A stretch of DNA of 64,000 bases from Spirochaetota bacterium. GTDB lineage: Bacteria > Spirochaetota > UBA6919 > CBDBPB01. The stretch is taken from assembly GCA_965208615.1 (NCBI GenBank), contig CBDBPB010000001.1, positions 288,001 through 352,000 on the forward strand, in the 5' to 3' direction. A model generated the notes under the pieces. It searched no databases. It was not told the DNA's origin and saw nothing but the letters and a program-made list of their open reading frames with translations. This document shows, piece by piece, positions 1 through 10,039 of this stretch (its first letter is position 1; the number at the start of each line of letters is the position of its first letter). Position numbers and translations under genes: made by a program.

Positions 1-257
1 TATTTTTAATATCGGCTTTTATACTCTTTCAACCTGGTATAACAGCATCCTTTTTTAATGTGGATCATGGTTTAAGGTATTACTTTTATTTTATTGGTCT
101 ATTAATTTTAGGCTTAGTATTTGTTTTACAAAAAGTTAGAGTGAAAATATATCACTAACACTATTAAGTATTGTTTTAGCTATATGGCCAAACATATTTA
201 CTAGTTCTACAGTGATTAAATAGTAACTCATTAGTGTTTATATAATAGAGGGGCATT

Positions 258-1106
258 ATGATGACAAAAGCTCAAATTATGAGATACATTTATAAAGAAA
301 TTGATAATCTTCCATCTATATCGGATAACCTTATTAAAATTCAAAACCTTATAGCCAGTCCCAAGTCTGATGTTAATACTATTAGCAGTTATGTAAAGAA
401 AGATGTGGGACTCACCGCTAATATATTAAGAGTTGCTAATTCTCCATGGTATATGCCTATTATGAGGATAGAAACTGTAGAAAGAGCTATTACTATTATC
501 GGATTAAGACGTTTATACTCCATTGTTATAGCTATTGGGGCTAAAAAGGTTTTAGACGATAGAGTTAAATTAGTTAAGACTACATGGAAGCATAGTTATA
601 AATGTGCTTTTTTTGCTCAGAACCTTTTAAAGTCAATAGATCCTAAAAGTGATAAATTAGAATTATCCTATATAGGTGGACTACTACATGATATGGGGAA
701 GATTATATTATTATCCCTTAGCCCTGATCTTATTAAGCGAATATATAATATTAGTGAAATAAAAAAAATATCAGTTAGCGATATTGAAAAGCAAACCTTA
801 GGATTTAGTCATTCAGAAATTGGTAGTAAGATTGCTGTTAAGTGGAAGTTTCCACAAAGTCTCCATGATGCAATTGCTTATCATCATAATATTAAAAATA
901 TTAACGAAGAGTTTACACCCGTAGTATATAGTGTATATCTTGCTAATATATTGAGTAAGCTAGAAGAGCCTTCTGATGAAGTATATAATCAAATCGAACC
1001 TAAGGTATTAGAGTATTACAAAATAAAGTCTCCAGAAAAACTTAACTTTATGGTAAAGCTACTTATAGACTCATATTCGATAGCCCCTGAGATACAGTTT
1101 ATATAA
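258..1106 (+). CDS. HDOD domain signal-transduction protein
   Basis: LPS..., DVGLTANILRVANSPWY, WKHS, GLLHDMGK, HSEIG...KWKFP, IAYHH motifs typical of HDOD. Confidence 0.9.
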   Translation: MMTKAQIMRYIYKEIDNLPSISDNLIKIQNLIASPKSDVNTISSYVKKDVGLTANILRVANSPWYMPIMRIETVERAITIIGLRRLYSIVIAIGAKKVLDDRVKLVKTTWKHSYKCAFFAQNLLKSIDPKSDKLELSYIGGLLHDMGKIILLSLSPDLIKRIYNISEIKKISVSDIEKQTLGFSHSEIGSKIAVKWKFPQSLHDAIAYHHNIKNINEEFTPVVYSVYLANILSKLEEPSDEVYNQIEPKVLEYYKIKSPEKLNFMVKLLIDSYSIAPEIQFI

Positions 1107-1157
1107 TATTTGATACCTTTATTTAAAAAAGATTTATGTATATCGTAAAGGAGATAA

Positions 1158-1988
1158 GTGAATATTATATCCATAAGCCGTAGAACGGATATACCAGCAT
1201 TCTACGGTAACTGGTTTATGAATAAGCTAAAACAAGGTTTTGTTGAATATAAGAATCCCTTTAATCAAAAGGTTTATTCGGTCAGCTTAAAACCTGATGA
1301 TGTATACGCCTTAGTTTTTTGGTCTAAAAACTTTAAGCCTTTTATTAAGTACCTATCCCATTTGGATAAATATAGATTTTACTTTCACTATACCATTACA
1401 GGATTACCCAAGATTATTGAAAATAGAACTCCCCCTTTGACTGACAGCATAGATAACTTTAAATATCTAGCTGATATATACTCCAACAGGGTGTTATGGC
1501 GATTTGACCCCATTGTTCTTAGTAATATATCCCCCATAGATTATCACTTGAATAGCTTTAATCGTATTTCAGAAAAGCTTATTGGTTATACTAAAAGATG
1601 TTATATCAGCTTTGTTCAGACCCACTACAAAAAGGTTAAACGCCAGTTTAGTATGGCAAATAAGAATGTTACACTGTTAGATACTAATCTTGATCAACAA
1701 AAAAGCTTATTAAACAGTATTAACGCAATAGCTAAAAAGCGTAATATATCCCTATATATATGCTGTCAGAACAAGTATTTAGCTTCTGATATAAAACAGG
1801 CTCGGTGTATAGATAAAGGTTTATTGGAGGAGTTATACCCCAATATCAGGACAAATATAAAGCTAAATAAAACCAGACAAGATTGTGCTTGTTATAATAG
1901 TGTTGATATTGGAACTTATAATACCTGTATTAATAACTGTATTTATTGTTATGCTGGAGGAAATAATAAACACTTATCCATGCTATAG
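1158..1988 (+). CDS. DUF1848 family protein (radical-SAM-like)
   Basis: IISISRRTDIPAFY start, VFWSKN, WRFDPI, C-terminal DIGTYNTCxxxCxYCYA; GTG start after AAGGAG. Confidence 0.88.
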   Translation: MNIISISRRTDIPAFYGNWFMNKLKQGFVEYKNPFNQKVYSVSLKPDDVYALVFWSKNFKPFIKYLSHLDKYRFYFHYTITGLPKIIENRTPPLTDSIDNFKYLADIYSNRVLWRFDPIVLSNISPIDYHLNSFNRISEKLIGYTKRCYISFVQTHYKKVKRQFSMANKNVTLLDTNLDQQKSLLNSINAIAKKRNISLYICCQNKYLASDIKQARCIDKGLLEELYPNIRTNIKLNKTRQDCACYNSVDIGTYNTCINNCIYCYAGGNNKHLSML

Positions 1989-2867
1989 TTAGGGGTATAC
2001 CTTTTTATTGTTTATATTAGGCTTTCCAAGAGCTAAACGTATACCAGAGAATATAATAAGCAATCCCCCAATTAGGGAGTACATATCCGAAAGCTTGTCA
2101 AATATAATAAAGTCAAAAATTACAGCCATAACAACAGTCAACATTGATATAACGCTCCCAGTGGATGCCTTTATAAACTTATATGCATAAGTCATAGTTA
2201 TTTGAGCTAGTAAGGCAGTAATAGTTATACCCAATATAAACAAAATAACCTTATTAGATAAGGGAGTATACTCTCCAATCAAGCTGGGAAGAGGTGCTAA
2301 AGAACTAAGTGCTGAAAAAGATAGTGTAATAATTAATGATGGATGACGCTCTCGTGCCTTTTTAACTGCAACAATGGCTCCACCAGCAAATATCGCAGCT
2401 AATATACCATATAGCATCCCCGTATTAATGGTATTTAAACTAGGCTTTGTTATTAGAGCAATGCCACTAACAGCTAAAATAAGATATAGCAATAAAGAAA
2501 AGCTAAACCTCTCTTTTAAAAACATTATAGAAAAAATACTGGTAAATATAGGAAAGGTATAAACCAACATTACAGCTTCTGACAGCTTGATCTGTGATAT
2601 AGCCTCAAAGTATAAAAGAAGTGCAATAGAACCAGCTATCCCCCTAATAAGCAGAATAGGCTCTTTAACAATTAAAAATAGTGTATTCTTAAGCCCATTA
2701 ACAGAACGCAGTTTTAATATGATCAAAACAGCTATAGTTACTAATATACTTCGCCAGAAAACTATCTGAATCGACGACATCTCATCAGATATAAACTTAA
2801 CCATAACAGCCATAAGGGAAAACTGTACGGTAGAAAAAATCATTAAAAAATATCCATTATATATCAA
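1989..2867 (-). CDS. DMT/EamA family transporter
   Basis: About 10 hydrophobic segments, two EamA repeats (FWRS, PIFT..FS..FLKER). Confidence 0.88.
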   Translation of the reverse strand: MIYNGYFLMIFSTVQFSLMAVMVKFISDEMSSIQIVFWRSILVTIAVLIILKLRSVNGLKNTLFLIVKEPILLIRGIAGSIALLLYFEAISQIKLSEAVMLVYTFPIFTSIFSIMFLKERFSFSLLLYLILAVSGIALITKPSLNTINTGMLYGILAAIFAGGAIVAVKKARERHPSLIITLSFSALSSLAPLPSLIGEYTPLSNKVILFILGITITALLAQITMTYAYKFIKASTGSVISMLTVVMAVIFDFIIFDKLSDMYSLIGGLLIIFSGIRLALGKPNINNKKVYP

Positions 2868-3090
2868 AGTCTAACCTATAATTACAATGAATACCATTAT
2901 TAAAACTACTGTTCTATTCATAGTTACCTTATATAAATAACCATTATTTAGTTTAACTATTTATTAATCCGATTAAAAATAGAATTGTTATAAGTAAATA
3001 ATAACTCTATTGATTATAAAATCAATTTTTTTTTATAAAATCTCAGTTATGCCAATAGCACATTACTATATTGGATGTAGGTGGTTATCT

Positions 3091-3807
3091 TTATTCAAGA
3101 TCAATTTTAATAACGCCGTCAACTTTTGATATGTCATAAAATAATGACTTAATACTAATCTTCAAAGGAAGACGTATATTAAAACTTATTCTTAGTGAAT
3201 CACGATTTATGTCTTCTGATAATCCAAAGTTATGAACGATAATCTTATGAGTCTTTAGTACAGAAAATATATGCTGTATAATAACAACATTTCTTTTTCC
3301 TTCAATAGATAACTTTTGTATAGAAGTAGTCTTAATAAGCTTTTTGTCGAAGAAGTTAAGAACAATCAAAGTAAAAATTACAATACCAAAGCCTAAACTA
3401 GCAGCTAAATATAATCCCCCACCTATAGCCAGACCAATTCCAGCAGTTGTCCATATTGTAGCAACAGTAGTAACCCCTTTAATGGCATACTTAAAGCGTA
3501 TAATTGCAGCACCACCTAAAAAACCTATTCCACTAACAATCTGAGCCGCAATTCTTGTAGGATCACCATTATACTTATTACCAAGATATATGCTGGTTAG
3601 CATAATCAAACATGATCCAGTGGATATTATAATATGAGTTCTAAGTCCTGCTGGTTGACCGTGTCGTCCACGTTCAAAGCCTATTATGCCTCCAAATATT
3701 AATGCCAATAATAACCTTATAAAAGTAACCAGTGGATGAAAAGGATCAGAGTCCAATACAAAGATATTATAAAAAAAGTTAAATGTACTATCCATAGAGA
3801 TTCCCAT
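3091..3807 (-). CDS. MgtC/SapB family membrane protein
   Basis: GGIIGFER, AGLRTH, DPTRIAAQIVSGIGFLGG, IWTTAGIGLAIG. Confidence 0.92.
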   Translation of the reverse strand: MGISMDSTFNFFYNIFVLDSDPFHPLVTFIRLLLALIFGGIIGFERGRHGQPAGLRTHIIISTGSCLIMLTSIYLGNKYNGDPTRIAAQIVSGIGFLGGAAIIRFKYAIKGVTTVATIWTTAGIGLAIGGGLYLAASLGFGIVIFTLIVLNFFDKKLIKTTSIQKLSIEGKRNVVIIQHIFSVLKTHKIIVHNFGLSEDINRDSLRISFNIRLPLKISIKSLFYDISKVDGVIKIDLE

Positions 3808-4063
3808 ATAGAGGTTAACACTTTGTTTTACAGATAATAATTAGTAAAAGATTTTTATATTATGTTAATAGCTGTTTTAGTAGTACTATCATAAAAAAAC
3901 TCAACCAAATATAATAAAAAAAATACAGATTTTAACAACTTAACTTTCTATCACAGAGCTTTTTGTTATATTTCCTATAGCATTAGTTAGAATTATCCTT
4001 TTAATAAAAAAAACACACAGCTAATTATATCAAATAACAAGAAATAGTTTAAAGGAGAAGTAT

Positions 4064-5611
4064 ATGAGAAAAGTAAACTTTGTAATTGTACTAATAATTA
4101 TAGTATGTTCTCAACTTTCTACTATATATTCTTATCCAGGCTTAGAAAAAAGTAAAACGGTTAATATAACTACATCCCAAGTAGATAGTTCAGATAAAAC
4201 GAATAACAAGGATAAAACGGATAATAAAGAGCATATTTCTATTTTATGGTCTATTCCTTTTGTTTTAATATTGTTTTCTATAGCTATTATTCCTTTAATA
4301 TTTCCTCATTTTTGGCATCTTAATTATTGGAAGATTACCTTATTTATTTTTTGTATTCCTATGATGATTGCAAATTTATTTTTTATTAACGATTCCGTTA
4401 TGGAAAGTACATTTCATGAAGTTCAGTCTTATATTTCATTTATTATGCTATTGGCATCACTTTTTACAATTTCGGGTGCCATACTAATAAGAGGTAATAT
4501 ACTTGGTAAACCTATTGTTAATACAATAATATTATTGATTGGCACGTTACTGTCGAGCTTTATGGCTACCACTGGTGCATCCATGTTATTAATAAGGCAT
4601 TTAATAAAAATAAATAAGTTTCGTCATAGCAAGGTTCATATAATTATATTTTTCATATTTACTGTTAGCAATACTGGTGGATTGCTGACTCCTCTTGGTG
4701 ATCCGCCGCTATTCCTTGGTTATTTACGGGGAGTTCCTTTTACATGGACACTTAATCTTATTCCACAATGGCTTATTGTAAATGCAATACTTCTTTTGAT
4801 ATTTTTTATTTGGGATAATATTATTTATAAAAGGGAGGTTAAAAAAGGATTAATAGAGATACCTCCCGACTACCAAAGTAAAAGAGAGCCTTTTAGCTTA
4901 GAAGGAAAGGTTCAATTTTTCTTACTTATTGGAGTGGTTTTATCTATTTATTTTCAGGGGCATCTATCTAGGTTATACAATTGGTGGCCTCATTTTGGTC
5001 CTCAAGAAGGGCTTATGTTAATTATGATGATTTTATCTTTGGTTATAACGAAGCCTAATAGTAAGATTCGTAAGGGTAATGACTTTTCTTGGTACCCCAT
5101 TAAGGAGGTTGCAGTATTATTTGCTGGTATATTTGCGTGTATGGTACCAACTTTATATTTGCTTAAGATTTACGGTCCCGAACTTGGGGTAGTAAAAGAA
5201 TGGCAGTTCTTCTGGATTACTGGCGGACTCTCAAGTTTATTGGACAATGCTCCCACCTACCTAGTTTTTATGGAAATAGACAAATCATTATTATGTAGTA
5301 TGAATATTTGTTCTGGTCTTAGTAGTTATGAAATTGTTAATAAATTTATTATTCCTCAATTTAGCTATCTTGCCGCTATATCATGCGGAGCTGTTTTTAT
5401 GGGAGCTAATTCATATATTGGAAATGCACCTAATTTTATGGTTAAGTCTATTGCTGAAGAGAGGGGGATTAAAATGCCAAGTTTTTTTGGTTATATGATA
5501 TACTCCCTTTTAATATTGGTACCAATATTTTTGTTAATTACTTTTATCTTTTTTTTATTAATTAGTTTTATAGTTGTTATAAGATGTTATCAATCTAGTA
5601 GGTTATTGTAA
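4064..5611 (+). CDS. Putative sodium:proton antiporter (IT superfamily, CitMHS_2-like)
   Basis: SNTGGLLTPLGDPPLFLG, LDNAPTYL, GANSYIGNAPNFMVK motifs; the C-terminal ~15 aa may be read-through from an indel in the T8 run at 5549-5556. Confidence 0.85.
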   Translation: MRKVNFVIVLIIIVCSQLSTIYSYPGLEKSKTVNITTSQVDSSDKTNNKDKTDNKEHISILWSIPFVLILFSIAIIPLIFPHFWHLNYWKITLFIFCIPMMIANLFFINDSVMESTFHEVQSYISFIMLLASLFTISGAILIRGNILGKPIVNTIILLIGTLLSSFMATTGASMLLIRHLIKINKFRHSKVHIIIFFIFTVSNTGGLLTPLGDPPLFLGYLRGVPFTWTLNLIPQWLIVNAILLLIFFIWDNIIYKREVKKGLIEIPPDYQSKREPFSLEGKVQFFLLIGVVLSIYFQGHLSRLYNWWPHFGPQEGLMLIMMILSLVITKPNSKIRKGNDFSWYPIKEVAVLFAGIFACMVPTLYLLKIYGPELGVVKEWQFFWITGGLSSLLDNAPTYLVFMEIDKSLLCSMNICSGLSSYEIVNKFIIPQFSYLAAISCGAVFMGANSYIGNAPNFMVKSIAEERGIKMPSFFGYMIYSLLILVPIFLLITFIFFLLISFIVVIRCYQSSRLL

Positions 5612-5699
5612 AATACCCTTCGTATTATGTTTGATAAAACGTCTTATAACAAGTTCTAAGAGAATCCATTTTTTCAAAGCAGCTAATTGCAATATAAAA

Positions 5700-6963
5700 T
5701 TATTCCTCCTCACAAAAATCCTTATAATACCTTGCTACCCTCATTAAGTAACTCGTAACTGCTAATGAAGAATTAATATGAAAAGTATTTACATTCTCTA
5801 TAAGCTCCTCACCTTGACTGACTAACTTATCAATAACCCTATCAGGAAAGAGATACAGCTTATTCTCTCTATCACTAACCCCCATAACACCGTACTTTAT
5901 ATTCTTAGCCTCCCTAAAATAGTCTAATTAGACTATAAAAAAACTCATATAGCTCTTCAGAAGCAATATAGTCGCATAACTCAATAAAATCACTAGATGT
6001 TAAATAGTTTGACACTATCTCATGGAAAAACTTGTTAACAATATCACTATATTTAAGACTATCCTCCTTTAGCAAATATGACCATAGCGTATCTTGTATA
6101 GAGTTATTTATTACTATACCAAAACGATCCCTTATAATAGCCAGATTATCACTATGGGATAGCCTATAAAAAGGAACTAAAAAACATCTGGACTTTATAG
6201 TAGCTAAAATAGAATCAAGATTTTCCGTAATAAGTATTATAGTGCTATTAGAAGGAGGCTCTTCCAATAGCTTAAGAAGGGTATTGGCTGTCTCTTCCCT
6301 CATTAGATCAGCTCCATTAACAATAAAAACCTTGTGTCCTTCTACTGGAGACATATATAGCTTATTTAGAGTAGTTCTTATTGTCTCTATGGGGATGTTA
6401 TCGAGTATAAGAGAATCATTAATTTCCTTAGAAAAATCTATAATCTTGCTAAACCTTTTTTGGGACTCCTCACTAACCGTACCCCATGATAATTCCTTTC
6501 TTACACCAGCTAAAAAAGCTTTATTTTTGAATATTTTCTCTTGGACCTTACTCCTAAGCTGTTTACTTATATTGGTTTTAGTCCTTAGTCTAAAAAAACC
6601 CGATGAATAACGATAACACAAATCATTTATATAATAAATAAGACTATCCAAAAGAGCTATATTAGGTTTTTCAGCAAAATAGGGATATAATAAGTTAATT
6701 TTATCGAATACATAATCAGTATTGACTATTTTAACATCGGGATGGGCAAAAGAATTAATCTTATAACAGCTTTCACAGTCATCGCAAAAGTCATTATTAT
6801 TTTTAATACAGTTTAGAGTTTTAGCAATGGATAATGCTGTTGTCATCTTTCCACAGGAACTATGACCATGAAAAAGTAAAGACGGAGAAAGCCTATTATA
6901 TTTTAGTGCATTCTTTAAAATATCGAATGATATTTGTCTACCCAATAAATCATTAAATCCCAT
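5700..6963 (-). CDS. holB: DNA polymerase III delta' subunit (split by an apparent frameshift near 5916-5919; ORFs 5914..6963 and 5700..5885)
   Basis: SLLFHGHSSCGK, C..C..C zinc module, HPDV, ANTLLKLLEEPP, TIKSRC; removing one base in the 4-nt run at 5916-5919 joins the 61-aa ORF in frame. Confidence 0.8.
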
Positions 6964-6986
6964 ATACTAAACCTATAATTATTATA

Positions 6987-8018
6987 TTATTCCGTTATAA
7001 ATATATCCGAAGAACTTTGCCATTTAATATCATTTTTATCTCTATAAATTATTAGTCCTTCCACGTTGTCAAGGCTATCTATTAACCTAAGACCTTTATC
7101 CAACCCTAAAATAAAAACTATAGTAGCAATACTATCAGCATCCATAGCAGATGGCGCTAATATAGAAACGCTAATACAGTTACTATCCGATGGATAGCCA
7201 GTTTTAGGGTTTAGAATATGATGTAATCTTTTACCCGATTTATTTAGTATATACTTTTCATAATCCCCAGATGTAGCTAATGACATATCCTCCAAAGGGA
7301 TATATCCAATGTAATCCCTTGGGATAAGTTCTACCCTGGGATTCTTAATAGCAATTGTCCACTTTTTGTTATAGAGCTTTTTACCAATTGCCTTAACGTC
7401 TCCTCCAATGTTCAGTATGGCGTTTTTGATGCCCTGTTGTTTAAGGTAATCCATCCCTCTATCAATAATGAATCCTTTGGCTATGGCACCCAAACTTATT
7501 GCCATACCGCTTTTTAGAAAACGGATACTCTTATCCTTAAGTAGTATATTTTTGTAGTTGACAAGAGGCAGTATGCTTTTTATTCTTTCTTCTGAAACAG
7601 AATCCCTGCCAGACCAAAGACTAATAAGAGGAAGTATACTAATATCAAAAAACCCATTAGATAGATTAGAATAGCTAATAGCCTTAACTATTACGCTATA
7701 AAGCTCATTGGATAACTTAACATCATTTTTAAATGCCTTTTTATTTACTATACTAAGCTCGCTATTAGGCTTATATGAACTAAATATGTTTTCCAGACGC
7801 TTAAGCTCATTAATTAGACCATCCTTTATCTTATTGGCATCCTGATATGGATAGGCTATAATATGCAAGTCAATTTCTGTTGCCATTAAGCCAGTTATTT
7901 TCTTATAGTTGTAATGTTTAGGAGAGAAAAATAAAAAATATATAGCAAGTATAACTAAGATGATAGAGCCAACAATAAAACCTGTCTTACTGGCTCTTTT
8001 AATAAGCTTTTTAGCCAT
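6987..8018 (-). CDS. apbE: FAD:protein FMN transferase
   Basis: MAT, SEL, LGAIAKGFIID, NIGGD, ATSGDYE, HHILNPKTG, ADSIAT motifs. Confidence 0.95.
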   Translation of the reverse strand: MAKKLIKRASKTGFIVGSIILVILAIYFLFFSPKHYNYKKITGLMATEIDLHIIAYPYQDANKIKDGLINELKRLENIFSSYKPNSELSIVNKKAFKNDVKLSNELYSVIVKAISYSNLSNGFFDISILPLISLWSGRDSVSEERIKSILPLVNYKNILLKDKSIRFLKSGMAISLGAIAKGFIIDRGMDYLKQQGIKNAILNIGGDVKAIGKKLYNKKWTIAIKNPRVELIPRDYIGYIPLEDMSLATSGDYEKYILNKSGKRLHHILNPKTGYPSDSNCISVSILAPSAMDADSIATIVFILGLDKGLRLIDSLDNVEGLIIYRDKNDIKWQSSSDIFITE

Positions 8019-8350
8019 TAGATAGACTTAGAAAGAGTTTTAAATATATAGTTAAAGTCGGAATGTCTATTTTCCACTAATACTGCAACTTTATCCCATA
8101 CACAAAGACTAATAGCAGGACCAGATATAGCAAAACCTTTTACATCATCAAAGCCTTTAATTTTGGTATAGCCAGAAAATAAATGAGCCTGCATAGAACC
8201 CATTCTAATATTAGCTGAACATATATCAGCAATTACTGAGGCAGTATTATCATCAATATTCCCTTGTTTTGATTCAGCCTTACCCTCATTAGAAAACTCT
8301 ATTGCCGCTATAAAACCTTTTATACTAGATAATTTAGTTAAATTAGCCAT
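8018..8350 (-). CDS. DUF2173 family (roadblock-like) small protein
   Basis: L..L..I.G.IAA.EFS.EG, CSAN..MG.MQA, GFAISG...SLCV, DFN.IFK pattern; GGAGG RBS. Confidence 0.7.
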   Translation of the reverse strand: MANLTKLSSIKGFIAAIEFSNEGKAESKQGNIDDNTASVIADICSANIRMGSMQAHLFSGYTKIKGFDDVKGFAISGPAISLCVWDKVAVLVENRHSDFNYIFKTLSKSI

Positions 8351-8435
8351 ATAACCTCCTATTTTTGATGAAATATAATTAAGCTAATTAAATAGGTCAA
8401 ACCGAAGATATAAAAAATACTAATTGCATAAATGG

Positions 8436-8464
8436 TTGACTCAATGAAATAATTTTGCTATTAT
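8436..8464 (+). promoter_or_regulatory. sigma70-type promoter for glnB
   Basis: TTGACT-N17-TATTAT with TG extended -10. Confidence 0.6.
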
Positions 8465-8501
8465 TTGTCCTAATTGCTATTTTTTAAAAACTGATAATAT
8501 A

Positions 8502-8849
8502 ATGAAAAAAATTGAAGCTATAATCCAACCCATAAAGCTAGACGCCGTTAAAGAAGAACTCAGCAAAGTAGGAGTTACAAGGATGACTGTTAGCAATGTT
8601 AAGGGCTTTGGAAGACAAAAAGGACATACTGAGTTATTCGGTGATAAAGAATATGAAATTATATTAATTAGAAAAGTTAAGCTGGAAATAATAATGAATG
8701 ATGATTTTGTTGAACCAGCAATAAAAGCAATTATAAAAACTGCCAAGTCGCCTGGTGGAGGTAAAATCGGAGACGGTAAAATCTTTATCTTACCAATAGA
8801 TAACTGTATACATATACGTACTGAAGAAAGAGGTAAAAATGCCGTATAG
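8502..8849 (+). CDS. glnB: P-II family nitrogen regulator
   Basis: MKKIEAII.P.KL, VKGFGRQKGHTE, EY (Tyr51), KVKLE, GKIGDGKIF. Confidence 0.93.
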   Translation: MKKIEAIIQPIKLDAVKEELSKVGVTRMTVSNVKGFGRQKGHTELFGDKEYEIILIRKVKLEIIMNDDFVEPAIKAIIKTAKSPGGGKIGDGKIFILPIDNCIHIRTEERGKNAV

Positions 8850-8854
8850 TTTAA

Positions 8855-10039
8855 CTACAAAACTAAAGAGGGCTCTATAACTCCTTCTAGCCGATCTAAT
8901 CCAAGTTCTATTCTCTTATTCAATGGGGATAGCTTTAATCCTGCAATAATAATATAGGGGTTTAGGCTAAAACTATCCCTAAAATATCTAATTTGATTAT
9001 CCGGTATCTTTACTGTAATTCTCTTCCAACCTCTAAAGTGTATTTCTGTTAATACTAACTCGAAATATCTTCTTTTACCGTCTTGGAATATGGCAGATAC
9101 TTCTTGTCCGCTATTATCCCCTTTGATCCACATGGATATCTGATGTCCTTTTTTTAGCCTTGACATAAAAGGAAAATGAATAAAAACTTCTCTATTTTTA
9201 TGAATAGAAATAGGTATATCTAAGGCTAAATACTGTTTATTGTTCTCCCACTGGTTATCATGGCTTTTTATTGTACTAATCTTTTGTTTAACAGCTTTAT
9301 TATTTATTATATAATCCCAGTTATTAGATTTATTATTTTCGAAGTCTGCAAAGCTTTCATAGGGCATATAATATTGATTAGCCGATGAGCGTAAATGACT
9401 ATATACCCTTATTGGACTAATTAAAACAGAAAACTCCTTAGGGGGATTATTTACTACCTTACTAATTCTTATTTTAGTAATCTTTATAGGCTTATTATTC
9501 TTATAATTAGTATTAGCGTATAGATTCATAAACCTTTTTTGCCACCTCTTATATGGTAGATTAACTACGCTTCTTTTTTTCACTCCACCGGGATACTCAA
9601 AATATATACCTATTTTTATATTTGGTGTATTAGTTAATGCCCAAAAGTCTATAGACCTTGCCCAATAGGGTAAAGTAAGACTATTTTTAGGTCTAATATT
9701 AACAAACATAAACTTAGATGCCTTAAAACCAGCCCTAAGATGATAAACCGGATCTTTATAATTAGTTCTAGTACTTGCTCTTGGATCAGCAAAAAAAAGT
9801 ATGCTATTTTTAATACCCGTTAACGAAGAGGGATTAATAGTAAGATTGGAGGGGTTAAAATATAGTGTTTTCTTTTTAAAGACTCTATCGGATATGCTAT
9901 TTAGCTTATGAGTTGAAGTATTAAAGTAAAACTTTTTAGTTACTACCCTTTTTTTAAACCTATATTTAATACCAATTTTATTAAATCCATTTGTAAAAGT
10001 TAGCAAAGCTAAAAATATAGATATTATCAGCCTAACCAT
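8855..10039 (-). CDS. Secreted protein with FlaA (flagellar filament outer layer)-like domain(s)
   Basis: Signal peptide from ATG 10039; ISMWIKG..SGQEVSAIFQD....FELVL..IHFRGWKRITVKIP resembles the spirochete FlaA core; a weaker copy (SIDFWA...LPYKRWQK) lies N-terminal. Confidence 0.6.
   Translation of the reverse strand: MVRLIISIFLALLTFTNGFNKIGIKYRFKKRVVTKKFYFNTSTHKLNSISDRVFKKKTLYFNPSNLTINPSSLTGIKNSILFFADPRASTRTNYKDPVYHLRAGFKASKFMFVNIRPKNSLTLPYWARSIDFWALTNTPNIKIGIYFEYPGGVKKRSVVNLPYKRWQKRFMNLYANTNYKNNKPIKITKIRISKVVNNPPKEFSVLISPIRVYSHLRSSANQYYMPYESFADFENNKSNNWDYIINNKAVKQKISTIKSHDNQWENNKQYLALDIPISIHKNREVFIHFPFMSRLKKGHQISMWIKGDNSGQEVSAIFQDGKRRYFELVLTEIHFRGWKRITVKIPDNQIRYFRDSFSLNPYIIIAGLKLSPLNKRIELGLDRLEGVIEPSLVL

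Noticed and set aside
1-222. Partial membrane-protein CDS at the window start
   Set aside because: All three + frames contain stops; too fragmentary to call
4192-4227. 18-bp imperfect tandem repeat (DKTNNK/DKTDNK) in the antiporter N-terminus
   Set aside because: In-frame low-complexity linker duplication with no sign of function
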